From: Squalus acanthias
Lineage: Eukaryota
Assembly: GCA_030390025.1 (NCBI GenBank)
Contig: CM059432.1
Location: forward strand, 41,790,001 to 41,854,000
Direction of reading: 5' to 3'
DNA: 64,000 nt
Shown here: positions 12,430 through 23,143 of the stretch, piece after piece
Layout: each line of letters opens with the position of its first letter
Numbering within the stretch: the first letter of the stretch is position 1
Made by a program: the position numbers and the translations under genes
The notes under the pieces: model-generated
What the model was told of the DNA's origin: nothing
Databases searched by the model: none
The model's input: the letters and a program-made list of their open reading frames with translations, nothing else

Positions 12430-13588
12430 ATGGGGGCTGCACTGATTGGGGGCGTCGTCCTGCTCCAGCTGAATCGGAGGACACAGAGATGCAGAGAGAG
12501 AGTGGCAATGATGGCCAGACGGAGGAGGGCCAACAGGCGTATGTACAGGAGAGCTTACCCTCCCAGGGTATATCGTGAACAGCTCTCCTACATTCATATG
12601 TCTCAGGAGCTGTGTTTGCGAAGGCTGCGATTCAGCAAGGAGGTGGTCACTGAGCTCTGCCACCTGCTGCAGCCAGATCTGCAGCCTCAACTGAGGTCCA
12701 GGACGTCTCTGTCGGTGGCAGTGAAGGTCACAGTGGCTCTCAACTTCTATGCTACTGGCTCATTTCAAGCTGCTGCTGGGGACCTCGCCAATATCTCCCA
12801 GTTCGCGGTGCATTGCTGCATCCGGCAGGTCACAAATGCCCTCTTTAAAAGGAGACGAGAGTTCATCTCTTTCCCCATGACCCCAGACAAGCAGCGTGAC
12901 CGCGCTCTGGGCTTTGCGAGGATAGCGGGCTTCCCCATGGTGCAGGGCGCCATTGACTGCACGCATGTGGCTTTGCGTGCTCCACATGAGAATGCCGAGG
13001 AATTCCGGAACAGAAAGGGGTTCCATTCCTTGAATGTTCAGTTGGTCTGTGACCACAGACAGCTGATACTCGCTGTCAATGCCCACTATCCTGGCAGCTG
13101 CCACGATGCTTTTATCCTGCGCCAGACTACTGTGGCAGAACTTTGAGGCACCGCATCAGCCAGTTGGTTGGCTTCTCGGGGACAAGGGGTATCCATTGAG
13201 CACCTGGCTGATGACACCGCTCCGTACGCCCAACACCCCTGCTGAGCTGCGGTACAATGAGAGCCATCAAGCTACCAGGAACATCATTGAGCGCACAATC
13301 GGCGTGCTGAAGCAACGGTTCCGCTGTCTTGACCATTCTGGAGGAGCCATGCAGTACTCGCCTGAGCGAGTATCCAACTTTGTAGTTGTGTGCTGCATGT
13401 TGCATAACATGGCAATCGTCAGGACCCAGCCAATGCCACCAGGCCTTGGAGCACCACCAGAGGAGGAGGAGGAAGAGGAGGAAGAGGACGAGGAGGATGA
13501 TCATCAGCAGCACCAAGGCGGGAGGGTGGCCCACAATGGTGAAACTGCAAGGGCCGTCCGTCAACGGCTGATAGCAAGCCGCTTCTAG
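12430..13588 (+). pseudogene. Harbinger DDE transposase (HARBI1-like) with a single frameshift at ~13141
   Basis: [40 protein letters not shown] and [22 protein letters not shown] motifs; full DDE triad; frame change at GAA C TTT GAG. Confidence 0.92.
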
Positions 13589-13900
13589 GGCCCCTGCTGT
13601 GGAAATGGCTTCTGCCATTGCTAACAACATCAATTAACCCAGCACGCAACCCCTAAGCCGGCCAAGGCACCAATAATTCCAAACACCAAACATGTATATT
13701 TTGAGTACAAAAACTTATTTATTTTACAAACTCTGTGTGTGTCATTTCCTCATGACAAACTCATAGAAATAAACACAAAAAAACAGTCAATAACATAACT
13801 GGTTCTCACAACCTGGAGATAATGTCCAAAACACTAAACAAAAGTTGGACCACGAACCTCGGCCTTTAATAAAAAAATGACCAGCATTTTGTCACACCTC

Positions 13901-15774
13901 CTACTTTTTGCCCTTCGAGGGTGATCTCCTTCCCTTGCGCACTTCCCCCCTTCTAACCCTACTGCTCCTCCGTAATGGGACTTCAGTGGCTGCAGCAAGG
14001 CTGGTGGAAGGCTGCTGATCGTCAGACCCTGACACTGCAGATGCCCCTGAAGGACGGCCTCGAACAGTTCTGGGCCTGGAGGGCCCGGCTGCAGACTGCA
14101 CCAACTCTGCATGGGCGGCAGCAGTCTGTCCTACAGGCGGTGGCAAGTGCAGTGGAGAAGTGACAGTGTTGGCAGCAGGAATGCTGTCATCGTGAGAGAG
14201 GACAGCAACTCCCTGCTCGCCCGACACACTGGCACTCCCACGGGGCAACACTTCAGCATCCGGAGCAATCTGCTGGAGCACAGATTGCTGGCCTGCTGCG
14301 GCGCGGTGAGAGCCCCGGGGACATGTGAACGAACCATCGAGGTTGGCAGCAGTCAGTGCTCGCGTGGCCTCAATCTGAGTCTGCATGAGAGCAGTCAGAG
14401 ATGGGATCACGGCAGTCAGTGACTGAATTGCAGCACTAAGCGTTAGTGTGGCATCCGCCTGTGCTACAGCGAAGTGCTCCACACTCCTTGCCAGTGACTC
14501 AATGCATTCGGGCACCCTTCCCACTGCACCCATGAGCTCAGTGTGCATGCCCACCGTCTGGGTGTTCATTTCTGCGATCAGCCGCTCCTCCTCTGCGTCC
14601 ATTGCAGTAGGAGTCTCTGGCATACTCTCCCTCTGGGGAGAAGGCCCCCGTTCTTCCCTACCCCCATGGCGTTGCTGCAGCCCGCTGGGTCCTGGAGCTT
14701 CACCCTCATCAGACCCTTCCCCCCTGCTCCCCTCCAGGGAAGGCGTGTTCCCAGTGTGGGCATGGGCTTCCTCGGGAGAGGGTGGCACTGATGCTCCGGC
14801 TTCCTCTTCCTCCTCGGCTGCAGCTTCACTCCCAGTGGCAGCTTCAGGGCCCGTCTCCTCAGCTGGTGAATTACCATCTGAAAGCAGGGAGGTACAAGAG
14901 TGGCTTTAGCGTGAGGACAGCGTGGCAGTAAGGGAGGAATAAGTGCAGTGAGTTAGCAAGTTGGATTGAAAGTGTCAAAGGCTGGTGTTGTGAGGGACAA
15001 GTGGAAGGACAGAGGACAAAAAGGTGATGACATTACCATTGCTGTCCAGAACGGGGTCGGCGTCTCCAGTGGCGACGGGACCGATCACCCGGCTTGCCAC
15101 AATCCTGTGGACGCGCTCCTCAAGATCGCTGAGGGGTTGCAGCTGAGGCCGCCCTCCACCTGTCCGTTGCTGCTGTCTCCTATTATGCGCCAGCTTGGCC
15201 TGCAAGAAAAAGGACAGCATCTGAGTAAATATACAGCCATGGTCTTGCCTGAAGTGCCTCCCATAGGTGAATAGCCCTTACTGTATACAGCCATGGTCTT
15301 GCCTGATGTGCCTCCCATAGGTGAATAGCCCTTACTGTATGCAGCCATGGTCTTGCCTGATGTGCCTCCCATAGGTGAATAGCCCTTACTGTATGCAAAG
15401 TGTGGAATGTGTGTGTGTGTTTCATGAAAGGGCCATAGGTGTTGGATGAGTGTTGTGCATTGGGGTTTTAAGACCCTCTGGCCATAGAGTGAGGTTGAGA
15501 TGGAGGGATGGAGAGGTATTGAGAAAAAGCTACTCACCCTAACGACCCGAGTGAGGTCGTTGAACTTTTTGCGGCATTGAACATGGGTCCTGGGCACCAT
15601 GCTCCTGGAGGAGACGCTCTGAGCCACCTCCCTCCACACTCTTCTGTAGTCGCGTGGCAAAGGCCTCCTGCCACTCTCAGGGAAGAGTATACATCTTCTG
15701 CGCTCCACCGCGCCAACCAGAGCATCCAAGGCCCGCTCGGTGAAGCGATGAGCTCGTTCTCTCACCCTCTCCAT
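13901..15774 (-). CDS. Harbinger Myb/SANT-like DNA-binding protein, 3 exons (15774-15538, 15199-15037, 14877-13901), 458 aa, open
   Basis: GT-AG introns with compatible phases (237+163+977=1377 nt); RF..RALDALV...W.EVA..V......R...QCRKKFNDL trihelix; KLAHN..TGGG; basic C-terminus. Confidence 0.85.
15231..15392. repeat. 54-bp tandem repeat x3 in intron 1 of the Harbinger Myb gene
   Basis: Units at 15231, 15285 and 15339 (atacagccatggtcttgcctga.gtgcctcccataggtgaatagcccttactgt), 1-2 mismatches, no spacers. Confidence 0.95.
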
Positions 15775-16320
15775 CCTTGGCAGCAAAATGGATTCACAGG
15801 TCTCTCCAGGTTGAGATTCAAGGCTGCAATGAGCAGGGTGTGGCTGGGGAGCAAGTTGGCCCCCCCCCCGCTTTAAGAACTGGCCGGCGCCAGTGTGTCT
15901 GTGTTCCCTCGCTAACTGGCAGCACCTGCGCTGCGCTCTCGCGCTGAGTTAGCGCCTCACTGCTCGGCCTTTGCGCCTTAAGACAGGTGTGCAGCGCTTG
16001 ATTTAGCGCTCCACTCACCTCCCGGGGCGGTAAAAGTGAAGTTTCCAGTCAGTGGCGATAATTAGCGCCAGGCGCTAATATTTGCGTCCAGACGATATTT
16101 GCGCCCCAAACGGGGCGCGACCTAATTTTCCCCCCATTGTTTTTATAATAAGAGGAATGAAACAAAAACAAGAAATTTTAGTTTGGTCCTTAATGGAAGG
16201 GAATAAGGATAGATTTTCCTTTGACTGCACCTGGCAAATCGCTATTCCTCAGATAAGGGATAGAGACCTATTCCATTAGGTCTTCACCCCGTTGTGTCCA
16301 ACCATGGTGTCTCGAAGGTA

Positions 16321-17867
16321 CAGCTATGACTGCCTTTTCATGGGATATGTGGAACATTCTTTGTTCCAGTCCTACTCAGGTCCCCACCCTCACCTCTTTT
16401 TCCGGTACATTGATGACTGTATCGGTGCTGTTTCCTGCTCTTGCCCTGAACTAGAAAATTTAATTCACTTTGCTTCCAATTTCCACCCTTCCCTCACCTT
16501 CACATGGTCCATCTCTGACTCTTCTCTTCCCTTCCTCGACTTCTCTGTCTCCATCTCTGGGGATAGGCTATTGACAAACATTCACTATAAGCCCACTGAC
16601 TCCCACAGCTACTTGGACTACACATCCTCCCACCCCGCCTCCTGTAAGGACTCTATTCCATTCTCCCAGTTTCTCCGTATCTGCCGTATCTGCTCTGACG
16701 ATGTCACCTTCCATACCAGTGCTTCCGACATGTCTTCCTTTTTCCTCAACCGAGGATTTCCCTCTACTGTGGTTTACACAGCTCTTGACCGTGTCCGTTC
16801 TATTTCCCGCACTTCTACTCTCATCCCTTCCCCTCTCTCCCAGAACCACAATAGGGTTCCCCTTGTCCCCACCTTTCACCCCACCAGCCTCCACAATCAA
16901 CGGATCATCCTCCGCCATTTCCGCCACCCCCAGCGTGATCCACCACCAAACACATCTTCCCCTCACCTCCCCTTTCAGCATTCCGAAGGGACCGCTCCCT
17001 CCGCGACACCCTGGCCCTCTCCTCTATCACCCCCAACACCCCTTCCCTTTCGCCCAGCACCTTCACATGCAAGTGCAGGAGATGCAACACATGCCCTTTT
17101 ACCTCCTCCCTTCTCACTGTCCAGGGCCCCAAACACTCCTTCCAGGTGAAACAGCAATTTACTTGTACTTCTTGCAATTTAGTATACTGTATTCGCTGCT
17201 CACGATGCGGTCTCCTCTACATTGGGGAGACCAAATGAAGATTGGGTGACTGCTTTGTGGAACACCTCCGTTCAGTCCGCAAGGGTGTCCCCGAGCTTCC
17301 GGTCGCCTGTCACTTTAATTCTCCGCTCCACTCCCACTCTGACCTCTCCGTCCTCGGCCTCTTACACTGTTCCAATGAAGCTCAACGTAAGCTCGAGGAA
17401 CAGCACCTCATCTTTCGATTAGGCACTTTACAGCCTTCTGGACTCAACATCGAGTTCAAAAATTTCAGACCATAACATCTGCCCCTATCTTTTTTTTCAT
17501 TTTATTTATTTATTTATTTATTTATTCTCTCTCTCTCATGGCAGCTGTCGATCATTCTGCCATTGCCATTTACACTTCATCTAAAGTCACCTTTTGTTTC
17601 TTAACTTGTCCCATTACCATCTCCTTTTGCCTTGCACCATCATCCCTTTGTCTCTTAATCTCTCCTGCCTTCCATACTATCACAGACCTTCCCTTTTGTT
17701 CTTTCCTCCCCTCCCCCCTTTCTCTGCCCCTACACTTGCTTAAAAACCTGTTCCATCTCCAACTTTTTCCAGTTCTGATGAAAGGTCATCGACCTGAAAC
17801 GTTAACTCTGTTTCTCTCTCCACAGATGCTGCCGGCCCTGCTGAGTATTTCCAGCATTTTCTCTTTT
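16321..17867 (+). mobile_element. Penelope-like element (Neptune-type), 5'-truncated, RT C-terminus + GIY-YIG + pLTR
   Basis: RYIDD, YKPTD.H.YL, CKCRRCNTC linker, NLVYCIRC..C..LYIGET; frameshift near 16945; 13-bp direct repeat TGTCTCGAAGGTA at 16308-16320 and 17868-17880. Confidence 0.9.
17771..17807 (+). ncRNA. Minimal type-I hammerhead ribozyme motif in Penelope pLTR
   Basis: AGTT-CTGATGA-A-AGGTC-atc-GACCT-GAAA-CGTT-AACT; all core nucleotides present and stems I and II fully paired. Confidence 0.82.
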
Positions 17868-18491
17868 TGTCTCGAAGGTATGTCGGGCGGCCTGCGCCTG
17901 AAGTAATTAAAGGTCTACAGTTCCTGTTGTAATAAAGAAAAGAAGGGCCGTTCCTGGCCTCCCACCTTAGTTTTTCCATCATCAATCCATTGCATGCTCC
18001 AGTATAGAGACACCTAACAAAAGCTGGTACAGACTGGAGGGTCTGCTGTGGCCAGGAGGCCAGTTGAAGACTTGGCTGGCAAGATTAGTGGAACTTCACC
18101 TCCCCCTCCTAGGATAACCTTTGGGCCTCAGGGCCTCCAGATTTCTGTTCACCAACAGCTGCCAGAAGGCCCCATGTCAGCAGTCATGAGCAAAACCTCA
18201 GACATGAGAGGACTATAGCTGCTTTCTGATTTCCTACCACAGTGTTCAGGTGTCGGCCCAGCCAGGGGTTGGCCGGTGCCAGCAGTACGCCCAGGAAAAC
18301 TGGATCCCTTTCATTGGCAGGTGCAGCACACCTCAGGTACCATAAAGAAAATATATCCTATATACTTTGCAATTTAGTAATATGATCCATTAGATGGAAA
18401 AACTGAAAAGGGTGAAGGTTTCATACTTGCAACAAAATCAGGAACTTGAAATGCCCTTTCTGTCTGTATTCGTATCAAAGCTCTTTCTCAC

Positions 18492-18615
18492 CTGATTTTT
18501 ATGTGGCTAGCAACTCTAATCACTTTTGGCTGGTTCTCCAGGTTGATTTCACGACCACTTAAAGTATCCACCAAGAAAATACGTCTGGTTAAATACCAAT
18601 TATTTATTGTATTAT
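18492..18615 (-). CDS. TMEM67: Meckelin coding exon (approx. exon 13), (D)NTINNWYLTRRIFLVDTLSGREINLENQPKVIRVASHIKI(S)
   Basis: tcacag/gtgaga; 124 nt, phase 1/2; conserved WxLTRRIFLVDxxSGRE motif. Confidence 0.97.
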
Positions 18616-18675
18616 CTGTGATTTAAAAAAATAAATTAACGCTTGAACAACACAAGGTCGAAATCAAACACGAGG

Positions 18676-18828
18676 GCTTTAGCGTTCCTGGTACACACTT
18701 ATCAGGAAATTTTGCACCCCCAACCTATGACATTTTGACCATTAAAATTAATGGTTGTAAAATCAGAGCCTGGAGTTTATGCAATTTCCCAATAAGCATA
18801 CCCAGCAGGCACCAGGAATGCTGAAGCA
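18676..18828. repeat. Short imperfect palindrome (MITE-like)
   Basis: gctttagcgttcctggtac ... gcaccaggaatgctgaagc arms; central accattaa-aa-ttaatggt. Confidence 0.5.
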
Positions 18829-19623
18829 GAAAATCCCAGCTAGAGGCTTTTATTTTCACTTTCAGAATGATATAAAATAGCCAGTTTTATATGAGTGCTT
18901 CTAAATTTGCTTATTCAAGCTAGTTTTTTTTCTTTCCTTCCCCTTGTTGGATTTCTCTCGTGCTGTACATTTCTGAGTGAGTGCACAGGCTGGGGACGCT
19001 GCTGTTCCTAGGCTTCTACGAATTTCATTCAATAACTATCCACTAGGAGGTCTCTGGCACTAGTCTGGTGGGGTTCGCCCTTCAGTTTTTGCTCTTCCCT
19101 GGGGGAAGGGCCTGGCTTCTGTAACACCCTTCCCCATAATGGCACGGCTGAGATCAGGGATTCATGTTAACCACTTTTATACTGACATTGTATTATTTCT
19201 GATTCCATGAGACTGACTTCAGGGAGTCAACTCCCACTGTTCATACCGGTAAATTATACCGGTTAAATCTACACAGCTTAAGTGAGGTATAAAGGGTGCT
19301 AACCTGGATAACATCACTTTGTCACGTTTGCATTCCAACATATACTGCACCATGCTGCCTGTGTTTCTTTTAAAATAGAAGTGTTCTGTGATTGAACATA
19401 TTAGGGTGAATTTTGTGAGGCTCTGCTCCTGGTACAGAGCATCGCTCGATAGGAGAGCGGATCAGAGAATTCAGCACGGAGATCAGCACCCCCAATTTGT
19501 GGTGCTCCCGATTTTCTGGTTATTAAAATTAATCACCAGAAAATCTAGAGCACACAAATCAGATGCACTGACATCCATGCCTGATTTAACCTAATAAAAG
19601 ATGAAAGATAAAGATAATGGTAA

Positions 19624-21210
19624 CGGGAATGGTAGCATAGTGGTTATGTTACTGGACTAGTAATCCAGAGGCCTGGACTAATGATCCGGAGACGTGAGTT
19701 CAAATCCCACCACGGCAGCTGGGGAATTTAAATTCAGTTAATTAAATAACTCTGGAATAAAAAGCTAACATCAGTAATGATGACTATAAAACTACGAGAT
19801 TGTCGTAAAAAAACATTTGGTTCACTAATGCCCTTTAGGGAATCTGCCATCCTTACCTGTTCTGGCCTATATGTGCCTCCAGACCCACAGCAATGTGGTT
19901 GACTCTTAGTTGTGCTCGGCACCAGCTATGGACACGACAGCCCAGTCGACCCTGCAAAGTCCTCCTCACCAACATCTGGGGACTTGTGCCAAAATTGGGA
20001 GATCTGTCCCACAGACTAGTCAAGCAACAGCCTGACATAGTCATACTCACAGAATGCCCCAATGTTCCAAACTCCTCGATCACCATCCCTGGAAGGACAG
20101 ACCCACCGGGAGTGGCGGCACAGTGGTATACAGTCGGGAAGGAGTGGCCCTCAACATTGACTCTGGACCCCATGAAGTCTCATGGCTTCAGGTCAAGCAT
20201 GGGCAAGCTCCTGCTGATTACCACCTACCGCCCTCCCTCAGCTGATGAATCAGTACTCCTCCATGTTGAACACCACATGGAAGAAGCACTGAGAGCAGCA
20301 AGGGCACAGAATGTCCCCCTTGGGGGACTTCAATGTCCATCACCAAGAGTGGCTTAGTAGCACCACAGCTGGCCGAGTCCTGAAGGACATAGCTGCCAGT
20401 CTGGGCCTGCGACAGGTGGTGAGAGAACCAACACGAGGGAAAAACCTACTTGACCTTGTCCTCACCAATCTACCTGTCGCAGGTGCATCTGTCCATGACA
20501 GCATTGGTAGCAGTGACCACCGCACAGGCCTTGTGAAGACGAAGTCCTGTCTTCACACTGAGGACACCATCAATCGTAGTGTGTGGCACTACCACCGTGC
20601 TAAATGGGATAGATTCAGAACAGATCTAGCAGCTAAAAACTGGGCATTGTGGGCCATCAGCAGCAGCAAAATTGTATTCCACCACAATCTGTAACTTCAT
20701 GGCCCAGCATATCTACCACTACCACATCAAGCCAGGGGACCAACCCTGGTTCAATAAGGAGTGTAGAAGACCATGCCAGGAGCAGCACCTCAATGATAGT
20801 GGAGCCCAACAGGTGAGTGCAAATGACAAAGCTGAAGCGTTTGCAACCATCTTCAGCCAGAAATGCCGAGTGGATGATCCATATCGGCCTCCCCCTGAGG
20901 TCCCCACCACCACAGCAGCCAATTCGATTCACTCCATATGATATCAAGAAACGGCTGAGCACACTGGATACAGCAAAGGCAGTGGGCCCTAACAACATCC
21001 CGGCTGTCGTGCTAAAGACTTGTGCTCGAGAACTAGCCGCGCCTCTAGCCAAGCTGTTTCAGTACAGCTATGTGGGAGTACCTTCACCACACGGACTGCA
21101 GCAGTTCAAGAAGGTGGCTCACCACCACCTTCTCAAGGGCAACTAGGGATGGACAACAAATGCTGGCCTTGCCAGCGACGCCCACATCCCATGAACGAAT
21201 ATAAAAAAAA
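19624..21210 (+). mobile_element. APE-RT LINE (second family), internally deleted, with tRNA-like Pol III head
   Basis: A box TAGCATAGTGG and B box GTTCAAATCC; then APE motifs (TNIWGL..K, DIVILTE, GDFNVHH, LDLVLTN, SDH); family 3' tail ..gccagcgacgcccacatcccatgaacgaat(a)n. Confidence 0.75.
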
Positions 21211-21245
21211 AGGTCATTGACCTGAAACCTTAACACTGTTTCTCT

Positions 21246-21476
21246 AGGAACAGGAGTAGGCCATTGAGCCCCTTGAGCCTGTTCCGCCATTCAATGAGAT
21301 CATTGCTGATCTGCGACCTAACTTGGCCCATATCCCTTCATACCTTTGGTTAACAAAAATCTATCAATCTCAGATTTAAAATTAACAATTGATCGAGCAT
21401 CAATTGCCGTTTGCAGAAGAGAGTTCCAAACTTCTACCACCATTTGTGTGTAGAAATGTTTCCTAATTTCACTCCT
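21246..21476 (-). mobile_element. CR1 3' end fragment inserted into a Penelope pLTR remnant (21212-21245 and 21477-21510)
   Basis: ggaacaggagtaggccatt..gcctgttccgccattcaa CR1 tail; flanks rejoin as pLTR sequence. Confidence 0.65.
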
Positions 21477-22311
21477 GATGCTGAGTGTTTCCAGCATTTT
21501 CTGTTTTTATTATTAGTAATAAATACTTGGTCACAGCAATTATAATCAGTTACACACAACAGAAGATATCAAGATTTATTCCACTAGTAACTCCTATGCC
21601 AAAGGTTAAAGTATATAATTCCACACAATTTGTGCTCATTTTTAAATGATGGCAGAAAATTTTGTTTTTTGTTTTTATGTCATTGGAATTTAAAATGAAA
21701 CACAACTTAAATTTAGGAAATTAATATTTTGATTAATTTGCTAAAATCCTTCCAAATGTAGGAAATTATAAACTTAACAGATTAACTCATTAGGAGTGTT
21801 TGCCCAAAGGTAACATCTGTACACTTCTGTTCATGTTCTTATTCATATACCTTATGCATTTTGCCTTCATGCATTCAGCCAAATAACGTGCGATCAAATA
21901 AAATGTGAGCAGTTTATTACTTTAAAATAGAAAGGCAGAACAGGCTCAAAGGGCTGAATAGCCTACTCCTGTTCCTATTCAAACATATATTGGGTTATAC
22001 TGCAATAAAGCTTTGAAGAATAAAACAAAAGGATGAGTAATCTTTTTAAAAAATGTCAGCTGAGAAAATAGAGTTTTCAGTTACTTTAGTTGCAGTTAAA
22101 AACAGCATGTATTTGAGGGAATGTTTTCTTCCAAAAATCAGAAGTGTCTCACAAATGAGAACCAATAATTTTTGATTCTTGCCTCAGAAGAGATTTGCCC
22201 TACTGGACTCAACAATTTGCATTTGCTTTTGCATTAGCTAAGTCAGAAGAGTTTGCACATTAAACCTGGGTAATTCAACAAAAAATGGCTATACAGGAAT
22301 ATAATGTTTAC

Positions 22312-22465
22312 CTTGGTTTACGAATTTTCCATTATATTGCAGGTTTAAATTACGAACTGCAATAGGCTGCAGTTTGTCCTCACCATTTTCTTTGTAAAGC
22401 ATGTAAACGTCATAAAAGTGTGTGTCATCATATTTAGATAAAAGCTTGGAAACAGGAAGTGTACA
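22312..22465 (-). CDS. TMEM67: Meckelin coding exon (approx. exon 12), CTLPVSKLLSKYDDTHFYDVYMLYKENGEDKLQPIAVRNLNLQYNGKFVNQ(D)
   Basis: ggacag/gtaaac; 154 nt, ends phase 1; FYDVY and NLNLQ..FVNQ motifs. Confidence 0.95.
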
Positions 22466-22659
22466 CTGTCCAAGAAAGAAAATAAACAAGTAAAAAATGG
22501 ATACAATGTATAGGAATTTTCTTAGAAGGCAAAATAATTGTTGCATGGAATTATAGCACTTGAGTTTCTTTAATAGCATTCATTTCAAAAGCTTAATCTA
22601 GTGGTACGGAACTTGGCACATTGCTTGACCCCCAAGTTCAGCTTCTTCCCCCACACCTG

Positions 22660-23125
22660 ATTTGTCAACAAGAGTTTTATCTTTCGCCTGCACAACATTG
22701 CCAGCCAATGCCTCAATACATGTGTTAATCACCTTGTGACTGGATTTCTCCAATGATCTTCTTGCCAACTTCCCACTTCTGCTCGTCATATATGCTCTCA
22801 CCCACACGAAGGTCTGCATCACTCCTAAATACACCAAGCTCCACCAATTTCTTGTGTCCCAGAGAATCAACTTTAATATTCTCGTCTTCACCTTCAAATC
22901 CAACAACAGTCTCACCGCTCTCAATTTCTATGAATTCCTCAAGCCCCACATCCCTGAACGCACCCTCCTGTACTGGTTTGTTGTTTCCCACTCTACCATC
23001 AGCAGTTGCTTCTCCATCCACCTCATTCCCACACTCTAGAACTCCCTTTCGCAGCATCTTTGCCTTTCCACCCCTCTGCACGTCATCAAACACCTCTTTA
23101 ACATCCTCCTTTCCAGCTGCATTTT
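22660..23125 (+). mobile_element. L2 LINE fragment (old)
   Basis: Degenerate HITP...LH.L...QRINF.IL..TFKS translation. Confidence 0.65.
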
Positions 23126-23143
23126 TACCCTCTTGGCAAGGTT

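Larger units (their letters stand above)
11919..16135. mobile_element. PIF/Harbinger DNA transposon, near-intact, two convergent genes
   Basis: Imperfect TIRs GGGGTAAAAATT / AATTTTCCCCCC; ATT duplicated at 11916-11918 and 16136-16138; transposase on +, spliced Myb/SANT gene on -. Confidence 0.93.

Noticed and set aside
13130..13150. Programmed ribosomal frameshift joining the two transposase ORFs
   Set aside because: CTT TGA resembles a +1 shift site, but Harbinger transposases are not known to use one; a 2-nt deletion from a CT(N) TTT GAG-like sequence is simpler. The family consensus would decide
15231..15392. Direct repeats as a CRISPR array
   Set aside because: Contiguous 54-bp units with no spacers, no cas genes, eukaryotic intron context
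12361..15786. Domesticated HARBI1 / NAIF1 / MSANTD host genes
   Set aside because: Both ORFs lie between TIRs with a TSD, related decayed copies occur in the same window, and the transposase is frameshifted
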